A DNA stretch of 64,000 nucleotides from Candidatus Poribacteria bacterium (lineage in GTDB: Bacteria > Poribacteria > WGA-4E > PCPOR2b), in NCBI GenBank assembly GCA_965198175.1, contig OZ240245.1:3328001-3392000 (forward strand), written 5' to 3'. The notes beneath the pieces were generated by a model. That model was not told where the DNA came from. It saw only the letters and a program-made list of their open reading frames with translations, and did not search any database. Below are positions 40,247 through 49,146 of this stretch, in pieces. Position numbers and translations under genes: made by a program. How positions within the stretch are numbered: the first letter of the stretch is position 1; each line of letters opens with the position of its first letter.

Positions 40247-41206
40247 TTGTGTATGGAATGTCATCGTCATTTTAATATCCGCTGTTGCAAAGTCGAGCCT
40301 AAGATTAAATGGTTTGTTTTGTCGAGTCTATTAGCCCTATGTCTAGGATGTTCAGAAACCGAAGATGTTGATCGACCATTTACGGAACATGTCGTTGAGC
40401 CAGTCGATCCTGAAAATGAAATCAATAGTATAACAGCTACATTCCGCTTAGCAACGTGGAATATCCGAATCTTCAGTGATAACAGTCGAAACGACGAGGA
40501 GTTACAACTTATCGCCAACGTGTTGATAGATTACGATTTTATCGCTATCGTTGAGTTGCGCGATGAAAACGTGCTAAAACGTACAGAACGCATATTGGAG
40601 CTTATGGGTAAAGATTATGATTACTTAATGAGCCGTAGGGTTGGCGGAAAAGTAAAGGAACGTTATGCCTTTTTGTTCGATCGACAAATTGTAAACGTCC
40701 TTGAGGATGGAAAGGTGTTCCCGGACCCGCACGACACTTTTTTCCGTGAGCCGTATTTCGCATCGTTCAGGGCAGGCAAATTTGACTTTACCGCAATTGT
40801 AATCCATGTGATTTGGGGTACTACGGTTGCCAAACGTAGGAGTGAGGTACAAGAATTAGCCGATGTCTATCAGACAGTACAGGAGATGAATGGCGTAGAG
40901 CAGGATGTGATTCTACTGGGAGATTTCAATCGCAACCCCGATGACCAAAAAGCCTATCAGCCATTGATGCAAATTTCTGGAATGTTGCACCTGTTCAAAT
41001 TGCCAACAAAATCCCACATTAAGGACTCTAGTTTATATGACAACATCTTTTTCCAATCGTTACATGTAACTGAATACACTGGAGAGAGTGGCGTTGACCG
41101 TTTTGATGAAACAGACTTTGGAAATAACGATAAAGCAGCTTCTCTTGCAGTGAGCGACCATCGCCCTGTTTGGGGTGAGTTTCGGATAGACACAGATGAC
41201 GATTGA
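40247..41206 (+). CDS. DNase I-like endonuclease/exonuclease/phosphatase family lipoprotein
   Basis: Lipobox LCLGC, TWNIRIF, ERYAFLF, REPY, LGDFN, YDNI, SDHRPV. Start uncertain. Confidence 0.88.
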   Translation: MCMECHRHFNIRCCKVEPKIKWFVLSSLLALCLGCSETEDVDRPFTEHVVEPVDPENEINSITATFRLATWNIRIFSDNSRNDEELQLIANVLIDYDFIAIVELRDENVLKRTERILELMGKDYDYLMSRRVGGKVKERYAFLFDRQIVNVLEDGKVFPDPHDTFFREPYFASFRAGKFDFTAIVIHVIWGTTVAKRRSEVQELADVYQTVQEMNGVEQDVILLGDFNRNPDDQKAYQPLMQISGMLHLFKLPTKSHIKDSSLYDNIFFQSLHVTEYTGESGVDRFDETDFGNNDKAASLAVSDHRPVWGEFRIDTDDD

Positions 41207-41311
41207 ATCACGGAAAAACAGCGATTCGAAAGTGGGCAGCCAGCTTCTCGTAACGAGAAAAGATACGACCCTTGAGAACCTTTTCCCTTTGTGTTTCGCC
41301 TTTATATATAG

Positions 41312-42715
41312 ATGGAGGAGGTGGGCACAGTGGAAAAATTGGAGAATGAAACATTGGCTCGCTTAAGCGCGCAGGGCAATGAAAGGGCATTCGTTGAGCT
41401 AATCCGACGGCATGAACGGCAGTTAGTAGCGCTAATTCAATATCAGCTTGGAAATCGTGACTACGCTGAAGATGTGCTGCAAGAGACGCTTTTGCAGGCA
41501 TGGGTCGGGATTCGCCATCTGCGCGAACCAAAGACTGTCGGGCAGTGGCTTCTTCGGATTGCTAGGAATCGTTGCTACGACTTTCTAAAATCTGCTCAAC
41601 GGCGAGACCAGCCGATAGATACCGGGGAATTGGCTCAGTTTATCGACCGTTTCGGTCATAGGCAGATTCGGCAGAGACATCTTCTCAATGACGCTGTCGA
41701 AGCTTTGGAAGAGGTCCCGGAAACCGAGCGTAACATCGCGCAACTCTTTTACCTTGAAGGATTTACCATTGCCGAGATCGCCGCACGTCACCGCTGCGCT
41801 GAAGCTACGGTCAAGCGGCGCCTATTTCAGGCACGAGCTCACCTCCGCGAATCTTTTGGTATTTCTGATAAAAGGAGGACAAGTCAGATGCAGACGCGCC
41901 AACCAGGAACTAAAAAGCAACCGTTCCCGCTTCGTCGTCCGGAAGTTGTCATCACCCAGACCAACACAGAGCCGTTCTCTGTGGATTGTCCCGAACTCCG
42001 AGGTTGGTTCATCGTGCCCAAAATCGGCGAGCGTTCTCTGTGTGCGAACTATGAACCGATGGATTGGAAACTCACAGTGGTCCATGAGATGCAAGTGGTC
42101 AGACAGAGCCGCGTGCACGATGTGGATGGGGTTGAGATTGATGCTAACACATGGAACCCCAAAATCGGCTGGATACCGTCAGAGTGGCAGATACACGGCA
42201 GATCGACCGAAGAAAAGGTGGAGTATCTGGCAGTGTCGGAAATTTACGACGGAAAGAGGTATTTGGAAACCTATCTTGACAAAGATTTCGACTTCAACTG
42301 GGGACAGATGTTTCGCAAGGTGGAGGACCAGGGGCGTTTCGTGCGCCAAGCGGATGGTTCATTAAAACAGGTTCATAGTGTTGAAAACACGGAAGCAAGT
42401 GACACGACGGAAACAATTGCCGCGGGAATTTTCTCCGTCACGGTGGGAAAAAGACACTTTACCTGTCTCCGCATATTTGATTTTGTCACACCCGTCACAG
42501 AAGCACGACACGACGCCTCAATCACCGAAAGCTACGTGACTGAGGTGGGGCGCACTGTATTGGTCCGGCATTTCTGTCACCCGGAGAGACCAATGTATAA
42601 TGACCAAGAGAACTGGGATAAGGTCGTGATAAATGAAGATGTGCAAATTGTTATCGACGACGTCACCTTTGTTCACTGCTGTGATACCTTGTCTAGCTTG
42701 GCGTTTGGATTTTAA
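41312..42715 (+). CDS. ECF RNA polymerase sigma factor with ~275-aa C-terminal extension
   Basis: AEDVLQETLLQAW, WLLRIARN, LFYLEGFTIAEIA...TVKRRLFQARAHLR. The real start may be GTG 41330, after GGAGGAGG. Confidence 0.88.
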   Translation: MEEVGTVEKLENETLARLSAQGNERAFVELIRRHERQLVALIQYQLGNRDYAEDVLQETLLQAWVGIRHLREPKTVGQWLLRIARNRCYDFLKSAQRRDQPIDTGELAQFIDRFGHRQIRQRHLLNDAVEALEEVPETERNIAQLFYLEGFTIAEIAARHRCAEATVKRRLFQARAHLRESFGISDKRRTSQMQTRQPGTKKQPFPLRRPEVVITQTNTEPFSVDCPELRGWFIVPKIGERSLCANYEPMDWKLTVVHEMQVVRQSRVHDVDGVEIDANTWNPKIGWIPSEWQIHGRSTEEKVEYLAVSEIYDGKRYLETYLDKDFDFNWGQMFRKVEDQGRFVRQADGSLKQVHSVENTEASDTTETIAAGIFSVTVGKRHFTCLRIFDFVTPVTEARHDASITESYVTEVGRTVLVRHFCHPERPMYNDQENWDKVVINEDVQIVIDDVTFVHCCDTLSSLAFGF

Positions 42716-43552
42716 TAATCATCCGTTTGAAACTTAGAAGTCAATCGGCGTAACAGACCGCCTTGGTTTTACCCCTTGCTGGGCTGGAGTCATAGGCGAT
42801 TGCTTTAGTTCACCTTTTGATCTGAGCACCAATCAATTCATAAAGCAATGCAAACATCTCGAAAAAAGTTGCTTTTCTTTCGCGCGAAACCCGCGAAAGT
42901 GCATCCGAAACTGTGTTGTAGCGAAAGCTAGCATAGACACGCATCGCGACAATGAGCTACACCTGGTCGGCATTGCTGAAGTTAATGTTTCCCTCTTGTT
43001 ATCTCCTCACGAGAAACAGAGAACCGTGTTTTCTCAACAGTTCGCCCTATTGGAAGTTGACGCAATCATCGCCGACTTGCAATGGAGGCAACGTAAGTAG
43101 CTCATTGCAAGTTGAAGAATAGAAAGGAGGCACCCATGACGAAGGAAGTTATGTATCCAGTAGACCAATCTAATTCAATCTACACGATAATCGGCAAGGG
43201 TGCCTCTCCCTCCCGTTCCTCTCTTCATACGGACATTGGATGGGTTGTGACATAGGCATCCTATGCTTTTGTGGAGGAGAAGCCCATCTGTGCCGCACGT
43301 CAATCTAGATCTCTGCGAGATTCCGGTGCCATCAACCCAAGTTAATCAGTTCGGTAACAAAGACCGGATTCGGTACAATCCCCCCTGAGCTTCCCGGAAT
43401 ACACGATAAATACCAAGAGACAGCAGCCTCGACGCATATCCGTGAGATCATGGACGCTCAATCAGTTTTGGCTTGGGATTCGGCAAAATCCATAATCCGT
43501 AAAGATATTGCGACGACCTGTACTCGCAATTTACAGGGTCACTGTACTTCAC

Positions 43553-43581
43553 TTGAGCGCTTTATGTGCGTGTGGTATAAT
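43553..43581 (+). promoter_or_regulatory. Sigma70-type promoter for the propeller operon
   Basis: TTGAGC, 17 bp, TATAAT with an extended TG. Supports the later start at 43645. Confidence 0.55.
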
Positions 43582-43644
43582 TTCACATTCAGAAAACCGA
43601 ACTCATTCTATCGAAAACGGATTTGGATAGTTGAGGAGCGAAAA

Positions 43645-46600
43645 ATGACTTCTGACTGCCGCTGGTTCATTGTTTTCTTATTCCTTGTCGGATGCACCTT
43701 TACCACGACTGATGATTTGCCAGATGTAATAGATCGAGACGCACCTTGGGCAACAACGGCGCTTCTAAGCGATCAGGTTAACGCGGTCGCGGCAGATGCG
43801 GAACACATCTGGGTCGCCACTGACAAAGGAGTCAATCGTTTCAACAAACGCGAAAACATGTGGATAAGTTATACTGTGGAAGATGGGTTGGCGAATAACA
43901 AGGTATCCAGCGTAGCGGTCGATGCAGATACCGTCTGGTTTGGAACAGAATCCGGTGTTTCAAAATATCAGCCCAAAATCGACAAGTGGACGACCTACAA
44001 TCGTGACGACGGTCTGCCAAGTAATCGAATTTTGGCTATCGGTGTGGATGGAAACTACGTCTGGTTTGGCACGGATCAAGGCTTGAGCCGATATAACAAG
44101 GCGATTGACGTTTGGGCGCTTCGCACCATCGACGATGGTGGGTTGACCAGCAATCAGATTTCCGATATCGCAGTGGGTGACGAATATGTCTGGTTTGCAA
44201 CGGACAAAGGGGTATCTAGATACGACAAAAAAATCGATTCGTGGACACAGTTGACCAAAAGTGAGGGTTTGGCGGACGAGAACGTCACAACTATCGCTAT
44301 TGATGAGAATTTCATCTGGTTCGGCACGAAAAATGCCGGCGTGAGCCTATACAGCAACACAGAGCAGACGTTTGTAAAAACCTACACACGAAACGATCTA
44401 CTTGAAACCGATAAAATCAATTACATCTTGGTTGACGGTCTGTATGTCTGGATTGGCACAGCGAATGAGGGGGTTCAAAGATACATCAAGCCGGCAGATA
44501 CGTGGATTCACTACGGAGCAGAAGATGGGCTGCCATCGTCAAATATCACAGCGATAGCTGTCGATGGCAAATATATCTGGTTCGGCACTTACGAGGACGG
44601 GCTGGCGCGATTCGACAAGGTTAGTGGACTTTGGAGTACCGTCAAGAGGACGGAAGGCTTAGTGAGCGACAATGTCAAATCGATTGCAGAAGAAAATGGG
44701 GGCGTCTGGATCGGTACTGCGATGGGGCTCAGTCGGTTTGACCTACAATCCGGGCAGTGGACCACCTACACCAAGGGGCAAGGATTGACGACCAATTATA
44801 TCACTCGCGTCGTTGCCGCCGATGACGCTATCTGGGTAGGAACATCAAAGGGAGTGGGACGGTATCAGAATAATCGGTGGAAATTCTGGCGGCGTCAACA
44901 CGGACTTCCTAGCGATTTTGTCCTTGATGTGGCAGTGGTCAATCAAGTGGTCTGGGTCGGCACACGCGATGGTCTCTGTCGATATGACACGAAGAGCGGC
45001 AAGTGGCATATCTATGAAAGGCTGAAGGACACTTGGATAAACGCCATCACTGTTGATGACGGCTCCCTGTGGCTTGCGACGAACCGCGGGTTAGCGCGAT
45101 TAACAGACTCGCAAAGTAGCAAGCCAATTGATTCGCAAATCGAGTTTCATCCATCGCGTTGTGCGGACTACATTAACACGGTCTTGGCAGCAGATGGCGT
45201 CATCTGGATTGGCACACAGAATGGACTTTCGAGATATGATGCACACCACAGTAGCTGGCACCATCTTACTGTTGAAGATGGGCTGCCGAATAACAACGTC
45301 AGGACACTCGCTTTCAGCGAAGACACACTTTGGGTCGGTACACCGGGTGGGTTGGGCGCACTTCCTCGAAATAGGTGGATTACTCTTTCAGCAAAGGAAT
45401 CAGGTGGATGGAGGCAATTCGACTTAACCCAGCCGGGGGCGGCGATGGGACACGAAAACGTCCGGGATATTTGTGTGGTAGATGGTGAGGTCTGGCTGGG
45501 GACAATCGGCGGATTGGGCGTATACTCCCCCAAGAACCGTTCGTGGAGAGCGATTCGCGCAACGGAACGGACGGTGGTCCTGCGCCACAGCAATATACAC
45601 CGTACAGAGCTTGATGGCGATTGGGTATGGTTTCTTTCATGGCCGATCACGCCCAACGGAGAGATTATTCGGTACGACAAACGCACAGAAACCTGGACGC
45701 ATTACATGAAGGAAGATGTAATGGAAATCGGACAAAATAGTGAGACGCCATATATTACCCATCTCAATTGGATGGAGGTGACCGCTGATAGTGTGTGGTT
45801 TGCGACCGACGGCGGCGTGTTAGCATATCATAAAGTCTCGGATACGTGGCGGCACTACACGACCAGAGATGGGCTGGGGGCGAATAAAACGACAACATTG
45901 TTGGTCGATGGAGTTGATGTATGGGTCATCTTGAGAGATAATCGCATCTGTCGCTATCAGCGAGATACCGATAAGTGGGAGACCTATCAGGTGGTTTTTA
46001 AGGAAATCGCACCCGGTGGTATGGAATCATATCGTACACGCCTCGCCGCAGACGCTCGGTATGTTTGGGTGCCCGCGCAGAGGGAGGGCGTGGCTCGCTA
46101 CGACAAGGAGAATCAATCGTGGCGGCGATACACATCGGCGAACGGTTTGTCGAGCGGCACCATCGGATTCATCGCCGTGGACGATAACGTTGTGTGGGCT
46201 TACGGGTGGGCTAGCGGCTTAAGCAAGTATGATGAAAACACGGACAGCTGGGGCATCATTGACGCCAAGAAAGGCTTGGCTTCTAATCGCGTCCGAGAAG
46301 TCATCTCCGGCGTGGATTATATGTGGGTATTGTATAACCAGCGGTGGTGGGAAGAAACCGACAACCCTCCGGCCAGCGGTTTTCACCGCGCCAATCAGAC
46401 GTGGCAGAGTTTTCGAGGGCATCCTGAGAATGTCGGCAACAATTTTACAGATGTACAGGAAACGGGCGAAGTGGTGTGGTTTGGCAGTGACAACCACGGA
46501 GTCAGTCGATACGACAAGGCATCTTCGTCTTGGACTGTGTTTACGGACGAGAATGGACTGCTCGACAATCGCGTGCACTATCCAACTTTGAAGGTGGATG

Positions 46601-47631
46601 GTAGTTTTCTCTGGATGGGCAGCGGCAGCGGTATCAGTCGTTACGACATGCGAAACGATACCTGGACTGTCTTTACAGGAAGCGCACGCTTGCCTTCCGA
46701 TGTTGTCCACGCGATTGCTGTCGATTCTCGTTACATCTATTGTGGGACAGACGAAGGTGCAACGCGGTACGATAAGCGGTACGACCGATGGCTAGAAAAG
46801 CGGATTGTGGAAGCCCCTGTGAATGCCCTCGTTACCGATGATAAATACCTGTGGATAGCAACCGCCAAAGGTGTGGCACGGTTCGACAAATCGGCGCATT
46901 GGACAGACTCACACGACGTAGAAAACGGTCTAGCTGACACATTTGTTAAAGTCGCTGATGTGGGAAGACGTACCTTGTGGGTCGGTACAGAGAAGGGAGT
47001 GAGCAAATACAACACGCTTTCGGACGACCCCAATGCTTGGGAGACCTTTACACGTGCAGACGATGTAGACACAATGCGCTTATCCCAAGAATACGCCAAC
47101 AGCCTTGTATACAACCGGGTCACCAGTATTGCAGTTGGTAATCGTTTCGTCTGGGTGGGTACAGAAAGAGGCGTCAGTCGTTATGACATGAAGAAGGGAA
47201 TATGGGGAACTTATACGAAGGATGATGGATTGCACCACGACGAAGTGAGCAGCATCTGTATTGATGGCGATTGGGTGTGGTTTGGCGCAACAGGCGGTGT
47301 CAGCAGGTTAAATACCAAGACGGAAGAATGGAGAGCTTTCACACCGTCTGACGGTTTAGCCAGCGATCAGATTACCTGTATCGCTGCAAGCGATGATTTC
47401 GTATGGTTCGGAACGTTCGATTCAGGCGTGTCGTGTTACAACAAGGCAACGGCGATGTGGAAACACTTCACACAGAAGGATGGACTCAGTCATAATCGTG
47501 TGTTCGCCATCGCTCCAGATGGGGATTTCCTCTGGGTGGGAACGGAGCGTGGATTGAGTCGGTATGACACGATGACGGACACGTGGACAATCTTCACCTG
47601 GCATTTTGATAGAGAAGATGATAGAAGGTGA
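43645..47631 (+). CDS. Giant multi-beta-propeller lipoprotein 1 (Reg_prop-like repeats)
   Basis: SD GAGGAG; lipobox LFLVGC; dozens of W(V/F)GTxxG(L/V)SRYDKxxxxWxxYTxxDGLxxNxVxxIA repeats. Confidence 0.88.
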   Translation: MTSDCRWFIVFLFLVGCTFTTTDDLPDVIDRDAPWATTALLSDQVNAVAADAEHIWVATDKGVNRFNKRENMWISYTVEDGLANNKVSSVAVDADTVWFGTESGVSKYQPKIDKWTTYNRDDGLPSNRILAIGVDGNYVWFGTDQGLSRYNKAIDVWALRTIDDGGLTSNQISDIAVGDEYVWFATDKGVSRYDKKIDSWTQLTKSEGLADENVTTIAIDENFIWFGTKNAGVSLYSNTEQTFVKTYTRNDLLETDKINYILVDGLYVWIGTANEGVQRYIKPADTWIHYGAEDGLPSSNITAIAVDGKYIWFGTYEDGLARFDKVSGLWSTVKRTEGLVSDNVKSIAEENGGVWIGTAMGLSRFDLQSGQWTTYTKGQGLTTNYITRVVAADDAIWVGTSKGVGRYQNNRWKFWRRQHGLPSDFVLDVAVVNQVVWVGTRDGLCRYDTKSGKWHIYERLKDTWINAITVDDGSLWLATNRGLARLTDSQSSKPIDSQIEFHPSRCADYINTVLAADGVIWIGTQNGLSRYDAHHSSWHHLTVEDGLPNNNVRTLAFSEDTLWVGTPGGLGALPRNRWITLSAKESGGWRQFDLTQPGAAMGHENVRDICVVDGEVWLGTIGGLGVYSPKNRSWRAIRATERTVVLRHSNIHRTELDGDWVWFLSWPITPNGEIIRYDKRTETWTHYMKEDVMEIGQNSETPYITHLNWMEVTADSVWFATDGGVLAYHKVSDTWRHYTTRDGLGANKTTTLLVDGVDVWVILRDNRICRYQRDTDKWETYQVVFKEIAPGGMESYRTRLAADARYVWVPAQREGVARYDKENQSWRRYTSANGLSSGTIGFIAVDDNVVWAYGWASGLSKYDENTDSWGIIDAKKGLASNRVREVISGVDYMWVLYNQRWWEETDNPPASGFHRANQTWQSFRGHPENVGNNFTDVQETGEVVWFGSDNHGVSRYDKASSSWTVFTDENGLLDNRVHYPTLKVDGSFLWMGSGSGISRYDMRNDTWTVFTGSARLPSDVVHAIAVDSRYIYCGTDEGATRYDKRYDRWLEKRIVEAPVNALVTDDKYLWIATAKGVARFDKSAHWTDSHDVENGLADTFVKVADVGRRTLWVGTEKGVSKYNTLSDDPNAWETFTRADDVDTMRLSQEYANSLVYNRVTSIAVGNRFVWVGTERGVSRYDMKKGIWGTYTKDDGLHHDEVSSICIDGDWVWFGATGGVSRLNTKTEEWRAFTPSDGLASDQITCIAASDDFVWFGTFDSGVSCYNKATAMWKHFTQKDGLSHNRVFAIAPDGDFLWVGTERGLSRYDTMTDTWTIFTWHFDREDDRR

Positions 47632-47668
47632 AGAGAATAAACAAAGGTGAAAGACAAGGAATTCAGCT

Positions 47669-48334
47669 ATGACCAAAACAAGCAAGGGTGGTCTTGCACT
47701 AGCAAAACACATCGCGTTCTTCTACGCTGATAACCCCAAAGTCATGGTAATTTTGGCTGGCGGCTCTGTCTCTCGCGGCTGTGCTGACGAATACTCTGAT
47801 CTTGAAATCGGTGTCTTCTGGGCAGAGAGACCATCCGTTGGCGTGCGTCAAGCTGCCATCAAGAGCGTTGGCGGTGAACTTTGGTCCTTGGGGGAATCGT
47901 CTGGACATGAGAAGTGGGAACTCAAAAAGGTTACTGTCAATGGAAAATCCTACATGGGTACGTTGATGGTTTCTACGATTCATCTCAGTGTTACAGAAGC
48001 AGAAGCGTGTCTGTCAGGGCTGAACCGCGTCTACTATCCAACCTCCCATGCCAAGTGGATGGATTGGCTCATTCGGCAGATGCTAATTGTCCCACCCAAT
48101 CTTTCGGAAAGATTGAGGTCGGTCTTCCAAGTGGATGCCGAATCTGCGTGGAATGAACTTAAGGTGTTGGTTGGCGAGACCTTATTTCTAGTTGAACGCC
48201 AAATGCTGGATATTGATAAGCCGGTACCGGGTGAAAAGAATCCGCCCCACGTCAACATGGCATGGGCGAAAAAACGATGGATACCTCATCCGCCTTATAG
48301 CCTCATGCAGAATATCGCCGCTACAGATTTTTAG
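47669..48334 (+). CDS. Pol-beta-type nucleotidyltransferase-like protein (possibly internally shortened)
   Basis: GGSVSRGCADEYSDLEIGVFW matches the GSxxxG...SD(L)E/D motif. Confidence 0.65.
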   Translation: MTKTSKGGLALAKHIAFFYADNPKVMVILAGGSVSRGCADEYSDLEIGVFWAERPSVGVRQAAIKSVGGELWSLGESSGHEKWELKKVTVNGKSYMGTLMVSTIHLSVTEAEACLSGLNRVYYPTSHAKWMDWLIRQMLIVPPNLSERLRSVFQVDAESAWNELKVLVGETLFLVERQMLDIDKPVPGEKNPPHVNMAWAKKRWIPHPPYSLMQNIAATDF

Positions 48335-48344
48335 GAGAACCTAC

Positions 48345-49121
48345 ATGCAAAGCATTTTCGACTTTCCCGATGTCTACGATGCTGTGCTTCGCTCACCGGC
48401 TGAGCAGATTAAAACAGAGGGCAATTCCATCCGGCGGTTGCTGGCGGAGCAGGGCATTACCAAAGGCAGCGTCCTTGAACTCGCCTGCGGGACTTGTGGA
48501 CATGGAATTCTTCTTGCTAAAGGTGGCTTTTCCGTTACAGGCATCGACATCAATCCAAATATGCTTGAAGGTGCACAATGTCGCATGGAAACAGCGGGGG
48601 TTAAAATCGAACTCATTCAGGGGGATGTGGTTGATTTCAACCTAGGTGTTGTGCGTTTTGACTGTGCGATTTTTATGGCAGAGACCTTCCCTCTCATTAC
48701 CGCGTATGAAGACATCAAGAGCCATTTCCAATCCGTAAGACGTCATCTCAAAAAGGGCGGACTGTACATTATTGATATGGATAAGCATTACTTCGCCCCT
48801 CCAAAAAGCGAAATAGGAATATGGGGTGAAAAAACAGTTCGGCTTGACAATGGGCATGTGGAGGTCTGGCATGAAGACTTTCCCGGAGATTGGGTTGAGG
48901 GAATAAATCGTATGGCGATGCACTGCCGCATCCAGGTTAATGATACCATCTGTGAGACAACCGATGATTGGAGGCTCCGATATTATAGCCCTTGGATACT
49001 ATCCCTGCTGGTGCAAAAATTGGAAGGTTGGAGCTTAAAGGGATTCTTCTCGCGACGAGAACTGAGCCAAGATATTTCAGAAGAAACACACTATTTCACA
49101 GTTTTGGAAAAAGCGTCTTGA
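48345..49121 (+). CDS. Class I SAM-dependent methyltransferase
   Basis: VLELACGTC, GIDINPNML, HLKKGGLYIID. Start MQSIFD after AGGAG. Confidence 0.88.
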   Translation: MQSIFDFPDVYDAVLRSPAEQIKTEGNSIRRLLAEQGITKGSVLELACGTCGHGILLAKGGFSVTGIDINPNMLEGAQCRMETAGVKIELIQGDVVDFNLGVVRFDCAIFMAETFPLITAYEDIKSHFQSVRRHLKKGGLYIIDMDKHYFAPPKSEIGIWGEKTVRLDNGHVEVWHEDFPGDWVEGINRMAMHCRIQVNDTICETTDDWRLRYYSPWILSLLVQKLEGWSLKGFFSRRELSQDISEETHYFTVLEKAS

Positions 49122-49146
49122 GTCAGTCACAGAAAGGCATACAAAG

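Noticed and set aside
41688..42365. 225-aa overlapping ORF within the ECF gene
   Set aside because: Off-frame, Arg/Ser-rich, with no motif or SD.
43450..43644. Extended N-terminus of propeller gene 1 given in the ORF track
   Set aside because: A promoter-like element, an SD and a lipoprotein signal all point to ATG 43645.
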